A DNA stretch of 63,583 bases, counting the filler. It is 9 parts of 9 records of this genome, joined end to end, with 100 filler letters (N's around TTAATTAATTAA, not from the genome) between each part and the next. Parts side by side here need not be neighbours in the genome. Positions count along the whole stretch, not along the records: positions 14,813 to 20,698 come from SRR31147125_46330; positions 20,799 to 28,407 come from SRR31147125_46348; positions 28,508 to 35,085 come from SRR31147125_46433; 6 more parts are not named here. One strand, written 5' to 3'. Below, piece after piece: positions 20,059-30,317 of the stretch (position 1 is its first letter; every line of letters starts with the position of its first letter). A program made the translations under genes and the position numbers. The notes under the pieces were generated by a model. The model was not told the origin of the DNA and did no database searches. It worked only from the letters and a program-made list of their open reading frames with translations.

Positions 20059-20086
20059 TAAGTAGGCCTTGTGGCCTTATCATCTG

Positions 20087-20156
20087 GTAAACGTTTACGA
20101 AACAGGTTGTATGGGTTTCGTTCGCTTTCTTTTTCAAAGGCGTTGCAAACGTTTGC
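20087..20156. promoter_or_regulatory. Two LacI-family operator palindromes upstream of iolB
   Basis: GTAAACGTTTAC (20087-20098) and GCAAACGTTTGC (20145-20156), both perfect AAnCGnTT-core palindromes. Confidence 0.75.
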
Positions 20157-20171
20157 GAATTGGAGTTTTTT

Positions 20172-20698
20172 ATGGTCTTACACCAGACATCCGAATACAA
20201 AAGCGGTCTGAACGTGATCGTCAATGACGCCGGCAACGCCGACGGCCTTCTCCTGGACTTCGGCATCGTCCGTTTGAACCCGGGAGAAACCTGGGAGGAT
20301 ACTGCCGGGTTGGAACGGGCGCTGCTTCTGATCAGCGGCGAGGCGACTTTCAACTGGAGCGGCGAGTCCCGGACCGCAGCCAGGAAATCCTGTTTCGACG
20401 AGAATCCGGAAGTCCTCCAGGTACCCGCTGGTATGCCGGTGCGGATCACCGCCGGTGCCGGAGGCGCCGAGGTCTGCTACGAAGCCTGCGTCAACGACCG
20501 GGACTTTCCGGCGATCTTCTACAGGAAAACAGATATCCGTAACGATGTCTTCGGCGCCGGAACCCTGAACGAGGCCTCCACCCGGACGGTCCGGACTGTG
20601 TTCGACGGCGAGAACGCCGAGTTCTCGAACATGGTGCTGGGGGAGGTGATCAACCACCCCGGTAAATGGTCCAGCTATCCCCCCCATGATCATCCCCA
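20172..20698 (+). CDS. iolB: 5-deoxy-glucuronate isomerase, 3' partial
   Basis: RKSCFDE, RTVRTVFD, LGEVINHPGKWSSYPPH. Confidence 0.9.
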
Positions 20699-20798
20699 NN
20701 NNNNNNNNNNNNNNNNNNNNNNNNNNNNNNNNNNNNNNNNNNTTAATTAATTAANNNNNNNNNNNNNNNNNNNNNNNNNNNNNNNNNNNNNNNNNNNN

Positions 20799-22934
20799 TT
20801 TACCCAGAGGACGCTCCTGATCGTAGCCAACCCAGGAGACACAGGCCAGTTGCGGAATAAAGCCGATGTACCAGGCATCCTTCAGATCGTTGGTGGTCCC
20901 AGTCTTTCCAGCCGAAGGTCGGTTGATCGCTTTAGCGCGCCAGCCTGTCCCTTCGCGGACAACACTCTCCATGATGTTGGTGATCAGGTAAGCGGTCTCC
21001 GGTGAAATGACCCGGCGCGGTGGCTTGCGGATCAGACGTTGGTCAGCAGCCATGCCGGTGGCGAAGTCGGCCGGATCGATCGATTCAAGGATGCGCCCGT
21101 TGCGATCACGAATCCGGGTGATATAGGTTGGTGGAACCAGAACGCCACCATTAGCAAAAACAGTATAAGACGTCAGCATCTCCAGGGGGGTGACGGCGGT
21201 GGAACCGAGGGCCATCGACAGATCGCGCTGTTGGGGTGTCTCGACGCCCAGTTTTTCGACATAGTTGGCCGCGTAGTTGACACCGATATCTTCCAGGATT
21301 TTGATGGTGACGACATTACGCGAATGGGCCAGAGCGTGGCGGAAACGGGTCGGACCGTAAAACTTCTTTTCGTAGTTCTTCGGTTTCCACTCTTCCAGCT
21401 CACCGGTTTCAATCTTTTTGTTCTCGTAGATCAGTGGCGTATCCATGATGATACTGGCTGGCGTGTAGCCTCGGTCAAGAGCGGCAGCATAGATCAGCGG
21501 TTTGATCGCCGATCCCGGCAGGCGCTTGGCCTGAATCGCCCGGTTGAACTGGCTCTGGGCAAAGTCATAACCGCCGACCATCGCCTTGACCTGTCCGCTG
21601 AACGGATCGATAGCGACCAGAGCGCCCTGAGCCAGGGGCTGCTGCTCAAGAGCCAGCGCCATCGGTTCCGATTGAAGGTCAAGAATCTTGACGTCGATCA
21701 GGGCTCCGACCGGCAGAAGGGTGAATTCTTCTTCGCTGGCGTTGCCGACCGATTCGGAATCAACATCGATAAATTCAATCGGGGCGGCCCATTTGGTTTT
21801 ACTGATGGTGATGGTGCCCTGCCGGTCACCGATGCGACACAGGAGCTTGTCCCCGTCAAGACCGATGACGATCGCCTGTGAATAGACACCTTGCTCCAGC
21901 GGTTCGTCGAGCCATTGTTTGGCCTGCTCGGCGAGGAATTCCTCCCGCGCGTCTTCATCCAGGACTTGCTCCGCGCCGCGGTAACCACGACGTTTATCGT
22001 GGGCTCGAAGGTTGGCTTTAACCGCTTCACGGGCGACCTTCTGCATCGGCAGGTTGATACTTGTCTCGACCTGGAGGCCGCCGGTATAGAGGACATCTTC
22101 TCCGAAGCGGTCGTGCAGGTAGCGACGAACCTGTTCGTTGAAATAGGCGGTGACATCGAGCAAATTGTTCAGCCGTGGTTTGATGACAACCTCTTCTTCG
22201 GCGGCAGCACGGCGCTCTTCGGGAGTGATGTAGCCTTCCTTCTCCATCCGGGTCAGGACATATTTCTGGCGGTCCATGGCGCGTTGGTAATGGCGGTAAG
22301 GGGAGTAACGGCTGGGGGCCTGAGGCAGTCCGGCCAGGATCGCCGATTCGGCCAGGGTCAACTGTTCGACGTTTTTGTCGAAATAGTTCTGGGCCGCCGC
22401 TTCGACCCCATAGGCGCGGTGGCCGAGATAGATCTGGTTGAGATAGAGATAGAGAATGTCCTGTTTGCTCAGGGTTTTTTCCATGCGCCAAGCGAGGATC
22501 GCTTCTTTAAATTTACGGGTAAAGGTTCGTTCTGAGGTCAGCAGCAGCTTTTTCGCGACCTGCTGAGTGATGGTGCTGCCCCCCTGGGCGATGCCGCCTG
22601 CCTTGACGTTTTTCAGCGCGGCGCGCAAGATAGATTGGAAGTCGAGCCCCTGGTGTTTGAAAAAAGCAGCATCTTCAGCGGCAACAAAAGCCTGAACCAG
22701 AGTTTTCGGCATCTTCTCAAAAGGCACCAGGATGCGGCGTTCACGGGAATACTCAGCGATGATTGTTCCGTCATCGGCGTAGATCTGGGTGATCAGCGGT
22801 GGTTGGTAGTCGGCCAGAGTCTCGACCTTGGGCAGTGTTGACGAGACGAAAAAGTAAGCACCGATCAAAAGAGCCACCCCGAGAAAGGGAAGGCAGATCA
22901 GGCTGAACAGCAGATATTTTAAGGTTGATTTCAT
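20799..22934 (-). CDS. mrcA: Penicillin-binding protein 1A, 3' partial
   Basis: AAED..F, QGGSTITQQVAK, RKFKE, YLNQIYLG; SxxK (GSAIKP), SRN, KTGTTN. Confidence 0.95.
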
Positions 22935-23077
22935 CTGTGGGAACCGGGGCAGGCGCACTGCCTGAAAAAATTTCTATGTCTTATAAAAAGCTGATAAAAG
23001 AGGGTAATTTTATAGCATGCGCCCGATAACGGGGCAACTGCTAGTCCTGCTTCCGGCAGGATAGAGTGGAGGAATAG

Positions 23078-24544
23078 ATGTATCGAAGAACGAAAATTGT
23101 GGCAACGGTCGGGCCCTCTTGCGAATCGAAAGACATGCTGGATGCGCTGATGAAGGCCGGGGTGAATGTCTTCAGGCTCAATTTTTCTCACGGGGCGCTT
23201 GAACAGAAGGCCCAGTGGATCTCCTGGATCCGTGACCTTTCCGTGGAAAAAAAGCGCGCGGTTTCGATTCTCGGTGACCTCCAGGGGCCAAAGATCCGCA
23301 CTGGGCTGATGCGTGACGGTGGGCAGACGCTGGAAAAAAACCAACAGGTCGTCATTACCACGGCCGATGTTGAGGGTGCCGATGGTGTGATCCCGACAAT
23401 CTACCAGGCCCTGCCGCAGGATGTTGTTTCCGGCAGCCAGATTCTGCTGGACGATGGACAGATGGAGCTCAAGGTTGAGAAGATCGTTGACGGTGATGTT
23501 CATTGCCGGGTGCTTCAGGGAGGCTTGCTGAAAAGCCGCAAAGGGATCAACCTTCCCGGCGTGAATGTCTCGGCTCCGGCCCTGACTGAGAAGGATCTGG
23601 CGGATTTGCAGTTTGCTGTTGAACAGGAGCTCGACTGGATTGCGCTGTCGTTTGTCCGCCGCGCGGATGAAATAAATCGGTTGAAGGCTTACCTGTTTGA
23701 GCGCGAGTCGAGCATGCAGGTGATTGCCAAGATTGAAAAGCCGGAAGCGGTCGAAAATTTCAGCGCCATTCTGGAGGCGACGGATGGTGTGATGGTTGCG
23801 CGCGGGGATCTTGGCGTCGAGGTATTGTCAGAGCGTGTACCGTTGATTCAGAAATGGATTATTCGGGAATGCAACCAGCTGGGGAAACCGGTCATCACTG
23901 CAACTCAGATGTTGGAGAGTATGATCGGCAATGCGCGTCCGACCCGGGCGGAGACATCGGATGTCGCCAATGCTATTCTTGATGGCAGCGATGCGGTGAT
24001 GTTATCTGGGGAGACCGCGGCGGGTCTGTTTCCAGTCGATGCGGTTCAAGTCATGGATCGGGTCGCTCGCGATGTTGAGGCTGACTCGGCCTTCCAGTCG
24101 AAGAAGCATCCCGTTGCGGCATCAGCAGGGGAGCTGCAAGATCTTCCTGATGCCATTGGACAGGCCGCTTGTCAGGTCGCCGAAGCGGTCGGTGCTTCAG
24201 CAATCCTTGCTTTTACCCAGACCGGGAGCACCGCGGCGCTGGTTGCCAAGTACCGGCCGCCACTGCCGATCTTTGCGGTGACGCCGACTCAGGAGGTGCG
24301 CCGTCGGCTGGCCCTTTATGGCGGCATTAATTCTCTGCGGGTCGATATTCAGGGGGATACGGAAGCGCAGATCCTGTCGGTTGAAGAGGCGGTTCTCAAT
24401 ACCGGGTTGCTAAAACGCGGCCAGGTTGTCGTCATTACCATGGGCAGCCCGGTATCAGCCCCGGGAACGACCAACCTGCTGAAAATCCATCGCCTCGGTA
24501 CCGGGGAGTTTTATGAAGTTCATGGAGCACCCTACAGGGCTTGA
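23078..24544 (+). CDS. pyk: Pyruvate kinase
   Basis: RTKIVATVGP, RLNFSHG, DLQGPKIR, AKIEK, MVARGDLGVE, ATQMLESM, MLSGETA. Confidence 0.98.
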   Translation: MYRRTKIVATVGPSCESKDMLDALMKAGVNVFRLNFSHGALEQKAQWISWIRDLSVEKKRAVSILGDLQGPKIRTGLMRDGGQTLEKNQQVVITTADVEGADGVIPTIYQALPQDVVSGSQILLDDGQMELKVEKIVDGDVHCRVLQGGLLKSRKGINLPGVNVSAPALTEKDLADLQFAVEQELDWIALSFVRRADEINRLKAYLFERESSMQVIAKIEKPEAVENFSAILEATDGVMVARGDLGVEVLSERVPLIQKWIIRECNQLGKPVITATQMLESMIGNARPTRAETSDVANAILDGSDAVMLSGETAAGLFPVDAVQVMDRVARDVEADSAFQSKKHPVAASAGELQDLPDAIGQAACQVAEAVGASAILAFTQTGSTAALVAKYRPPLPIFAVTPTQEVRRRLALYGGINSLRVDIQGDTEAQILSVEEAVLNTGLLKRGQVVVITMGSPVSAPGTTNLLKIHRLGTGEFYEVHGAPYRA

Positions 24545-24568
24545 CCCGTAAGGGGTTCGGCCTATGCT
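24541..24568 (+). promoter_or_regulatory. Putative sigma70 promoter for queC-folE2
   Basis: TTGACC-16 nt-TATGCT. Confidence 0.5.
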
Positions 24569-24697
24569 CCGCGGGTTGGCATGCTGTTGAAAAACGATCT
24601 GGCGTTGCCTCGGTATTGATAACGTTTTTTAGCCGTTTGTCGCGTTGGACCAGTCCATTGCGGTGAACGTTATTTTATTCGGAAGATGGAAACAGAT

Positions 24698-25375
24698 ATG
24701 ACCAAGAAAGCAGTTGTTTTATACAGCGGAGGGCTCGATTCGACGACCTGTATGGCGATCGCCAGACATCAGGGTTTTGAAGCCTATGCGTTGAGCTTCG
24801 CCTATGGCCAGCGGCATACGATTGAGCTGGATAAGGCCCGTGAATATGCACCAAAGATCGGGGCGAAAGATCACATGGTGGTCGATATCGACCTGCGCAA
24901 GATGGGGGGCAGCGCCCTGACAGCCGATATCGAGGTGCCGAAAGAGGGTGTCGTTGAGGATGAGATCCCGATCACCTATGTGCCGGCGCGCAACACGATC
25001 TTTCTTTCCTTTGCCCTTGGCTGGGCTGAGGTGCTGGGTGCCTCCGATATTTTTATCGGGGTCAACGCCCTTGATTATTCCGGCTACCCGGACTGTCGAC
25101 CCGAATTTATCGAAGCCTTTGAGGCGATGGCAAATCTGGCGACCAAGGCGGGTGTGGAAGGGAACCCGTACCATATTCATGCTCCCCTGCTCCATCTGAG
25201 CAAAGCCGACATCATCCGTCAGGGTCTCGATCTTGGGGTTGACTACGGTTTGACCCACTCCTGTTATGACCCGTCATCGGAAGGGCTGTCCTGCGGACAC
25301 TGCGACTCCTGCCGTCTTCGTCTTAAAGGGTTTGCCGACGCCGGACATGACGATCCCGTTCCCTATATGAGTTGA
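24698..25375 (+). CDS. queC: 7-cyano-7-deazaguanine synthase
   Basis: [39 protein letters not shown]. Confidence 0.98.
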   Translation: MTKKAVVLYSGGLDSTTCMAIARHQGFEAYALSFAYGQRHTIELDKAREYAPKIGAKDHMVVDIDLRKMGGSALTADIEVPKEGVVEDEIPITYVPARNTIFLSFALGWAEVLGASDIFIGVNALDYSGYPDCRPEFIEAFEAMANLATKAGVEGNPYHIHAPLLHLSKADIIRQGLDLGVDYGLTHSCYDPSSEGLSCGHCDSCRLRLKGFADAGHDDPVPYMS

Positions 25376-25385
25376 GAGAGTCAAA

Positions 25386-26171
25386 ATGAGTGCAGCCAAT
25401 ATGCCCGACATGCAGCAGAGCCGGGACACGCGAAATATTGCCATTGACAAGGTCGGTGTGAAGGATATCCGCTACCCGATCGTGGTTCTGGACAAAGATA
25501 AGGGCCGCCAGCATACGGTCGCCCGGGTAAACATGTTTGTCGATCTCCCGGAGCAGTTCAAGGGAACCCATATGAGCCGCTTCATTGAGGTTCTGAACCT
25601 TTACCATGGTGAAATTAGCGTCGAAAACATGGAGAGTATTCTGGCCGAGATGAAAACCCGTCTCGGCGCGAGTCGGGCGCACCTCGAGCTCGATTTTCCC
25701 TACTTCATCGAAAAGCGCGCCCCGGTTTCCGGTGCTCGCAGCCTGCTTGAGTATCAGTGCCGCATGGTCGGGACCCTGGGTGATGAGTTCGAATTTATGC
25801 TTGAGGCCGGGATTCCCGTAACCTCGCTATGTCCCTGCTCCAAGGAGATCAGCGACCGTGGCGCCCATAACCAGCGGAGCAGTGTGACGGTTCAGATCCG
25901 CTATGGCGAGCATGTCTGGCTGGAAGACCTGATCACCATGATCGAAGAGTGTGCCAGCTGCCCGGTTTATTCGCTGCTCAAGCGTGAAGATGAAAAGGCC
26001 GTGACCGAACAGGCCTACGACAACCCGATGTTCGTCGAAGATATGGTGCGTGCGGTCACAGAGAAGCTACGCAGCGTTGAGCAGATCAGTTGGTATAAAA
26101 TCCAGTGTGAGAACTTTGAGTCGATCCACAATCACTCGGCTTATGCCATGATTGAAGGCCAAAACCCCTAG
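25386..26171 (+). CDS. folE2: GTP cyclohydrolase IB
   Basis: IDKVGVK, KGTHMSRF, TSLCPCSKEIS, GAHNQR, LLKREDEK, ESIHNH. Confidence 0.97.
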   Translation: MSAANMPDMQQSRDTRNIAIDKVGVKDIRYPIVVLDKDKGRQHTVARVNMFVDLPEQFKGTHMSRFIEVLNLYHGEISVENMESILAEMKTRLGASRAHLELDFPYFIEKRAPVSGARSLLEYQCRMVGTLGDEFEFMLEAGIPVTSLCPCSKEISDRGAHNQRSSVTVQIRYGEHVWLEDLITMIEECASCPVYSLLKREDEKAVTEQAYDNPMFVEDMVRAVTEKLRSVEQISWYKIQCENFESIHNHSAYAMIEGQNP

Positions 26172-26173
26172 CC

Positions 26174-26203
26174 TGTGGATAACTCTGTTGATATGGTGGA
26201 TAA
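26174..26203 (-). promoter_or_regulatory. Cluster of three co-oriented DnaA boxes
   Basis: TGTGGATAA (perfect), TGTTGATAT, GGTGGATAA. Confidence 0.6.
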
Positions 26204-26875
26204 CCTGCAGCAAAAAAAGATAAAAAAAGGGGCTTTGGGGATTTTCGCCAAACAGCCGATCCCGGGCCAGGTCAAAACACGCCTCTCCCCGCCCCTGACG
26301 CTGGAGGATGCCGCGGCCCTGTATCGCGAATCCCTGTTTGAAACCATTGAGCGGCTGCAACAGGGAGCAGGCTATGACCTGGTGCTCTGTTATTCCGGCT
26401 CCCGCAGCTGGTTTGAAGAACATTTTCCCGGAATCCCCCTGCAGAAACAGAAGGGGAAAACGCTCGGTGAGCGGATGGCAACGGCGTTGCAGGCGTTTTT
26501 AGATCAGGGCTTTTCCGGTGCGGCGCTGGTGGGCAGTGACTCCCTGACCTGCCTCTGTCTGCTGTTGAAGACGCTTTTTCCGCTTTGCAAACGGTGGATC
26601 TGGTCCTTGGCCCGGCGGACGATGGTGGCTACTATCTCGTTGGGGAGTCGAAGCATCACCCCGAACTGTTCACCGATATTCCCTGGAGCAGCGCCGAGGT
26701 TTTTGAGGCGACCCTTGAAAAGGCAAAACAGGGTGGTCTGTCCGTCAGACACCTGGAGCCGTGGGAAGATTTAGACGATATTGCTGCCTTGTGCAGGTAC
26801 CGGGATAGAAATAACTCGGGGCGCACGTTACGCTTTATCAAAGGGCATTTGGCACATATGGTGACCGAGCCATGA
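26175..26875 (+). CDS. TIGR04282/DUF2064 glycosyltransferase-like protein, frameshifted at the C run near 26542
   Basis: IFAKQPIPGQVKTRL, QKGKTLGERM, GSDS(P), then GPADDGGYYLVG, IPWSS, DLDD in the next frame. Confidence 0.85.
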
Positions 26876-26879
26876 GCGC

Positions 26880-26908
26880 TTGACTTGCCCCGAAGGGTGG
26901 CTGATAAT
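26880..26908 (+). promoter_or_regulatory. Putative sigma70 promoter for tolQRA
   Basis: TTGACT-17 nt-GATAAT. Confidence 0.6.
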
Positions 26909-26958
26909 TTGTCGGCTACTAACCTGTTGACTGTTGACGAATACAAAGGAGAAGGCCC

Positions 26959-27636
26959 TTGCTGGATCTGGTCTTTAATGCCGGACCTGTGGTTAAGCTG
27001 GTTCTGCTAATTCTGGTTTATTTCTCGCTCGTTTCCTGGGCGATCATCTTTTACAAAACCTCGATTATTCAGAAGGCGATCAAGGAATCGGATCGTTTCC
27101 TCGATTTTTTCTGGACCAAGAAGCGCTTTGATCTGGTCGGTCAGGGCCTCAAAGAATTCAGTGGTTCTCCTATCGCGAACCTGTTCCGCGAGGGTTACCA
27201 CGAAATGCTTCAGCTCAAGAAGAAGAGCGGCGATGCGGAAGAACCGGGTGATTTCTCTCACCAGATGGAGATGACCGAGATGGTCAGCCGGGCCCTGCGC
27301 CGGGCTACGACGCAGGAGACCCATCGGCTGGAGAAGTATCTGACCTTTTTGGCCACGACCGGCTCAACGGCACCGTTTATCGGTCTGTTCGGAACTGTCT
27401 GGGGAATTATGGACGCCTTTCATGGCATCGGCCAGACTGGAAGTGCGTCCCTGGCGGTTGTCGCTCCGGGGATCTCCGAGGCGCTGATCGCGACCGCGAT
27501 CGGTCTGGCTGCCGCAATCCCGGCCGTTATGGGCTACAATCATTTTCTCAACAAGGTCAATGTCCTGATCGGCGAAATGGATAACTTCAGCCAGGAATTC
27601 CTCAATATCGTCGAGCGGATGGAGCAGGGGAAGTAG
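26959..27636 (+). CDS. tolQ: TolQ
   Basis: LATTGSTAPFIGLFGTVWGIM, VAPGISEALIATAIGL. Confidence 0.95.
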   Translation: MLDLVFNAGPVVKLVLLILVYFSLVSWAIIFYKTSIIQKAIKESDRFLDFFWTKKRFDLVGQGLKEFSGSPIANLFREGYHEMLQLKKKSGDAEEPGDFSHQMEMTEMVSRALRRATTQETHRLEKYLTFLATTGSTAPFIGLFGTVWGIMDAFHGIGQTGSASLAVVAPGISEALIATAIGLAAAIPAVMGYNHFLNKVNVLIGEMDNFSQEFLNIVERMEQGK

Positions 27637-28059
27637 ATGGAAGTCGGTCGCCCTGCCGGTGGACGGCGCAGCAGCCTGTCACAGATCAACGTCACACCCT
27701 TTGTGGATGTCATGCTGGTTCTGTTGATTATTTTTATGGTCACGGCACCGATGCTTGATCAAGGGGTTGAAGTGGATCTTCCGGAAGTCAAAGAAGCCCC
27801 CGGTCTGCCGCAGCAACAGGAACCGATCATCGTGACCCTGAAGCGCAATGGTCAGATCATGATCGGCAAAGCGAAGATCGATAATTTGTCCAAGCTGGGT
27901 CCCGTCATTCAGCAGGCGCTCAAAGGGAAGCCGGATCGTGAGGTCTTTCTCGAGGCGGACCAGAAAGTGGCCTATGGTCGGGTTGTCCAGGTGATGGCAG
28001 CGGTCAAGAAGGCAGGCGTTGAAAAGCTCGGAATGGTGACCCGGCTGCCGGAGGATTAA
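27637..28059 (+). CDS. tolR: TolR
   Basis: INVTPFVDVMLVLLIIFMVTAP. Confidence 0.95.
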   Translation: MEVGRPAGGRRSSLSQINVTPFVDVMLVLLIIFMVTAPMLDQGVEVDLPEVKEAPGLPQQQEPIIVTLKRNGQIMIGKAKIDNLSKLGPVIQQALKGKPDREVFLEADQKVAYGRVVQVMAAVKKAGVEKLGMVTRLPED

Positions 28060-28066
28060 CGGTCGG

Positions 28067-28407
28067 ATGGAATCTTCCCGAAAACAGCGCTGGCGGCAGC
28101 TACAGTCGGTCTTTGAGCCCGGCTTCAAGCAGATGCTGCTGGTCTCGGTGCTGCTCCATATATTGCTTCCGGCTCTTTATTACGCGCCGTTTTTTCCAAA
28201 ACGCGAGATTAAGAAGCCACCAGTTTATCGGGTCAACCTGGTTAACAAGATCGTCAAGAACCCGCAGGCGGGGCGTCCGGAAGCGGCGGTCAGTCAGAAA
28301 CCGAAGGCTAAGCCGAAAGTGGTGAAGCCGAAGCCGATTCCAGTCAAACCGAAACCCGCACCCAAGCCTAAGCCAAAACCAAAGCCGGTTCCGGTCAAAC
28401 CAAAACC
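28067..28407 (+). CDS. TolA/TonB-like protein, 3' partial
   Basis: SVLLH transmembrane motif followed by Pro-Lys repeats, downstream of tolQR. Confidence 0.8.
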
Positions 28408-28827
28408 NNNNNNNNNNNNNNNNNNNNNNNNNNNNNNNNNNNNNNNNNNNNTTAATTAATTAANNNNNNNNNNNNNNNNNNNNNNNNNNNNNNNNNNNNN
28501 NNNNNNNTTTTTTGTTGCTGTGACGCCATCTGATTTGCGTAAAACTGTTCCGTTCATTGCCGAGGGTGCGTGAGATGATAAGTGAAGTAGGCCTTGCCGT
28601 ACATTTAACCTATTCTTCCATTAAAAAATCGATTGACCTAACACTTATTTGTCCATTGTCGTCTTTTAAGTACATGAGCAAATTTAATTTCGATGTTTTT
28701 CCTAAGGGGGGATACGAAATTAATTGTGCTTGGATACTTACATCGTCATGTTGTTTTCTGATATTTATCCAAAGGGGTGTATATTATAAAATTGTTTTCA
28801 AACAGGCAAACATTTAAGGAAAAAACA

Positions 28828-29802
28828 ATGTTGGATTCGAAACTTACGGAGAAATATGAGAATCAAGCCCGAATGCTCTCCAATAAAGTAAAAAAGCGAT
28901 ACAAGCATTTGAAAAAGCGCTACGCAAAACAAAATATTGAGGTGTTTCGTCTTTATGATTGGGATATTCCTGAAATTCGGGCAGTTGTCGATTGGTATGG
29001 TGGCCATCTCGTGGTGGGGGAGTACACCCGAAAGCAGTCCATTCCGGAGTGGCTTCCCATGATGGGGCAGGCGGTGGGACGTGCGCTGCAAATCCCTCAG
29101 AAGAAGATTCATCTCAAAGAACGACATGCCGGATTGCGTGAGGGAAAACGGTATGAGCGCATCGATCATACGGATAAAAAAATCGTAATGAATGAGCGGG
29201 ATCTGAAGTTTTATGTCAATCCGTATGATTATGTGGACACCGGCCTTTTTTCAGATCATCGAAATACCCGGCAGATGGTTCGGGAAATGGCAACGGATAA
29301 AGCGTTTCTCAATTTGTATTGCTATACCGGAAGTTTTTCCTGTTATGCCGCAAAGGGAGGGGCTGCACGAACGGTTTCCGTAGATCGGTCCAAAACGGCC
29401 ATCGATTGGGTAAAAGAAAATATGGCGTTGAACGGGATTCCTCAAAAGAACAACATACGTGTTCAGGCGCATACCTTGGATTATCTCAAAAAAGCCGGAG
29501 AACGGGGAGAGCAGTTCGATCTTGCAGTGGTGGATCCACCTTCCTATTCCACCAGCAGAAGCATGCAGCATCATTTTGATATTTTGAAGGATCACCCGAG
29601 TCTATTTCAAGGCGTCGTAGCAGTGATGAGAAAAGGGGGCGTTTTCTTCTTCTCTACCAATCATCAGAATTTTGAACTGGATATGGATGCATTGGTGCCC
29701 CTATCCCTTGAGAGTGTGGATGAGATTACGGCAACGACAATTCCTGAGGATTATAAAACGCCTCGAAAGCGGATTCATCGCTGTTGGAAAATAGTCGTGT
29801 AG
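28828..29802 (+). CDS. Class I SAM rRNA methyltransferase, stand-alone RlmK/RlmI-like
   Basis: RLYDWDIPE, DTGLFSDHR, LNLYCYTGSF, VDPPSYS, FSTN. Confidence 0.85.
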   Translation: MLDSKLTEKYENQARMLSNKVKKRYKHLKKRYAKQNIEVFRLYDWDIPEIRAVVDWYGGHLVVGEYTRKQSIPEWLPMMGQAVGRALQIPQKKIHLKERHAGLREGKRYERIDHTDKKIVMNERDLKFYVNPYDYVDTGLFSDHRNTRQMVREMATDKAFLNLYCYTGSFSCYAAKGGAARTVSVDRSKTAIDWVKENMALNGIPQKNNIRVQAHTLDYLKKAGERGEQFDLAVVDPPSYSTSRSMQHHFDILKDHPSLFQGVVAVMRKGGVFFFSTNHQNFELDMDALVPLSLESVDEITATTIPEDYKTPRKRIHRCWKIVV

Positions 29803-29850
29803 ATGAATGAGGGGGGTGCGCACTTTTTGAGATGGGGGGAGCTTGTTCTT

Positions 29851-29884
29851 GTTGTAGAGACAAGGCAAGCCTTGCCTCTACAAC
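29851..29884. repeat. GTAG-family REP palindrome
   Basis: GTTGTAGAGACAAGGCAAGCCTTGCCTCTACAAC between convergent genes. Confidence 0.8.
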
Positions 29885-29924
29885 GGGCTTAAATAAACGT
29901 AAAGGGGCATTGCCGGAATGGATC

Positions 29925-30278
29925 TTATTTGGAATGGCACCCTTTACAGCTGGTCGGTCCAAACTTGTCTTTACCGGCTTTTTTGTCTGCTTTATGGCAG
30001 TTGATGCAAACCTTGTTCATCACCTGTTTTCGTTTCAGCTCTTTTTCTTTTTTCATCTTTTTGATGATGCCCAGCTCTTGCGGGAAGATGTCATGGCATA
30101 CCATACAATCTTTTAGTTCATCCTGATGAAGTTTGTGGGGAAACTCAACTTTTCCTCTTGAGCCGCCATCAACGGTAATTTCAGCCGCACCTGTCTTTTT
30201 TTCGGAAGCAATGGCAAAGACAGCCATACAAGCAATCATGATGGTGACAACTAAGGTGATGCCCAGTTTTCTACTCAT
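29925..30278 (-). CDS. Periplasmic triheme cytochrome (c7/c3 family)
   Basis: Signal peptide, FPHKLH, three CxxCH motifs (CMVCH, CINCH, CKGCH). Confidence 0.9.
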   Translation of the reverse strand: MSRKLGITLVVTIMIACMAVFAIASEKKTGAAEITVDGGSRGKVEFPHKLHQDELKDCMVCHDIFPQELGIIKKMKKEKELKRKQVMNKVCINCHKADKKAGKDKFGPTSCKGCHSK

Positions 30279-30317
30279 GAAAAAAACTCCTTAAATTAAA
30301 TTTTCATCGTTTTTTGA

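Noticed and set aside
24569-24697. preQ1 riboswitch upstream of queC
   Set aside because: No preQ1 stem-loop with an A-rich tail is visible
14757-28128. Many long antisense or overlapping ORFs (e.g. 21039-21881, 18083-18808, 16371-17018)
   Set aside because: Shadow ORFs opposite well-supported genes in GC-rich DNA, with no recognisable motifs
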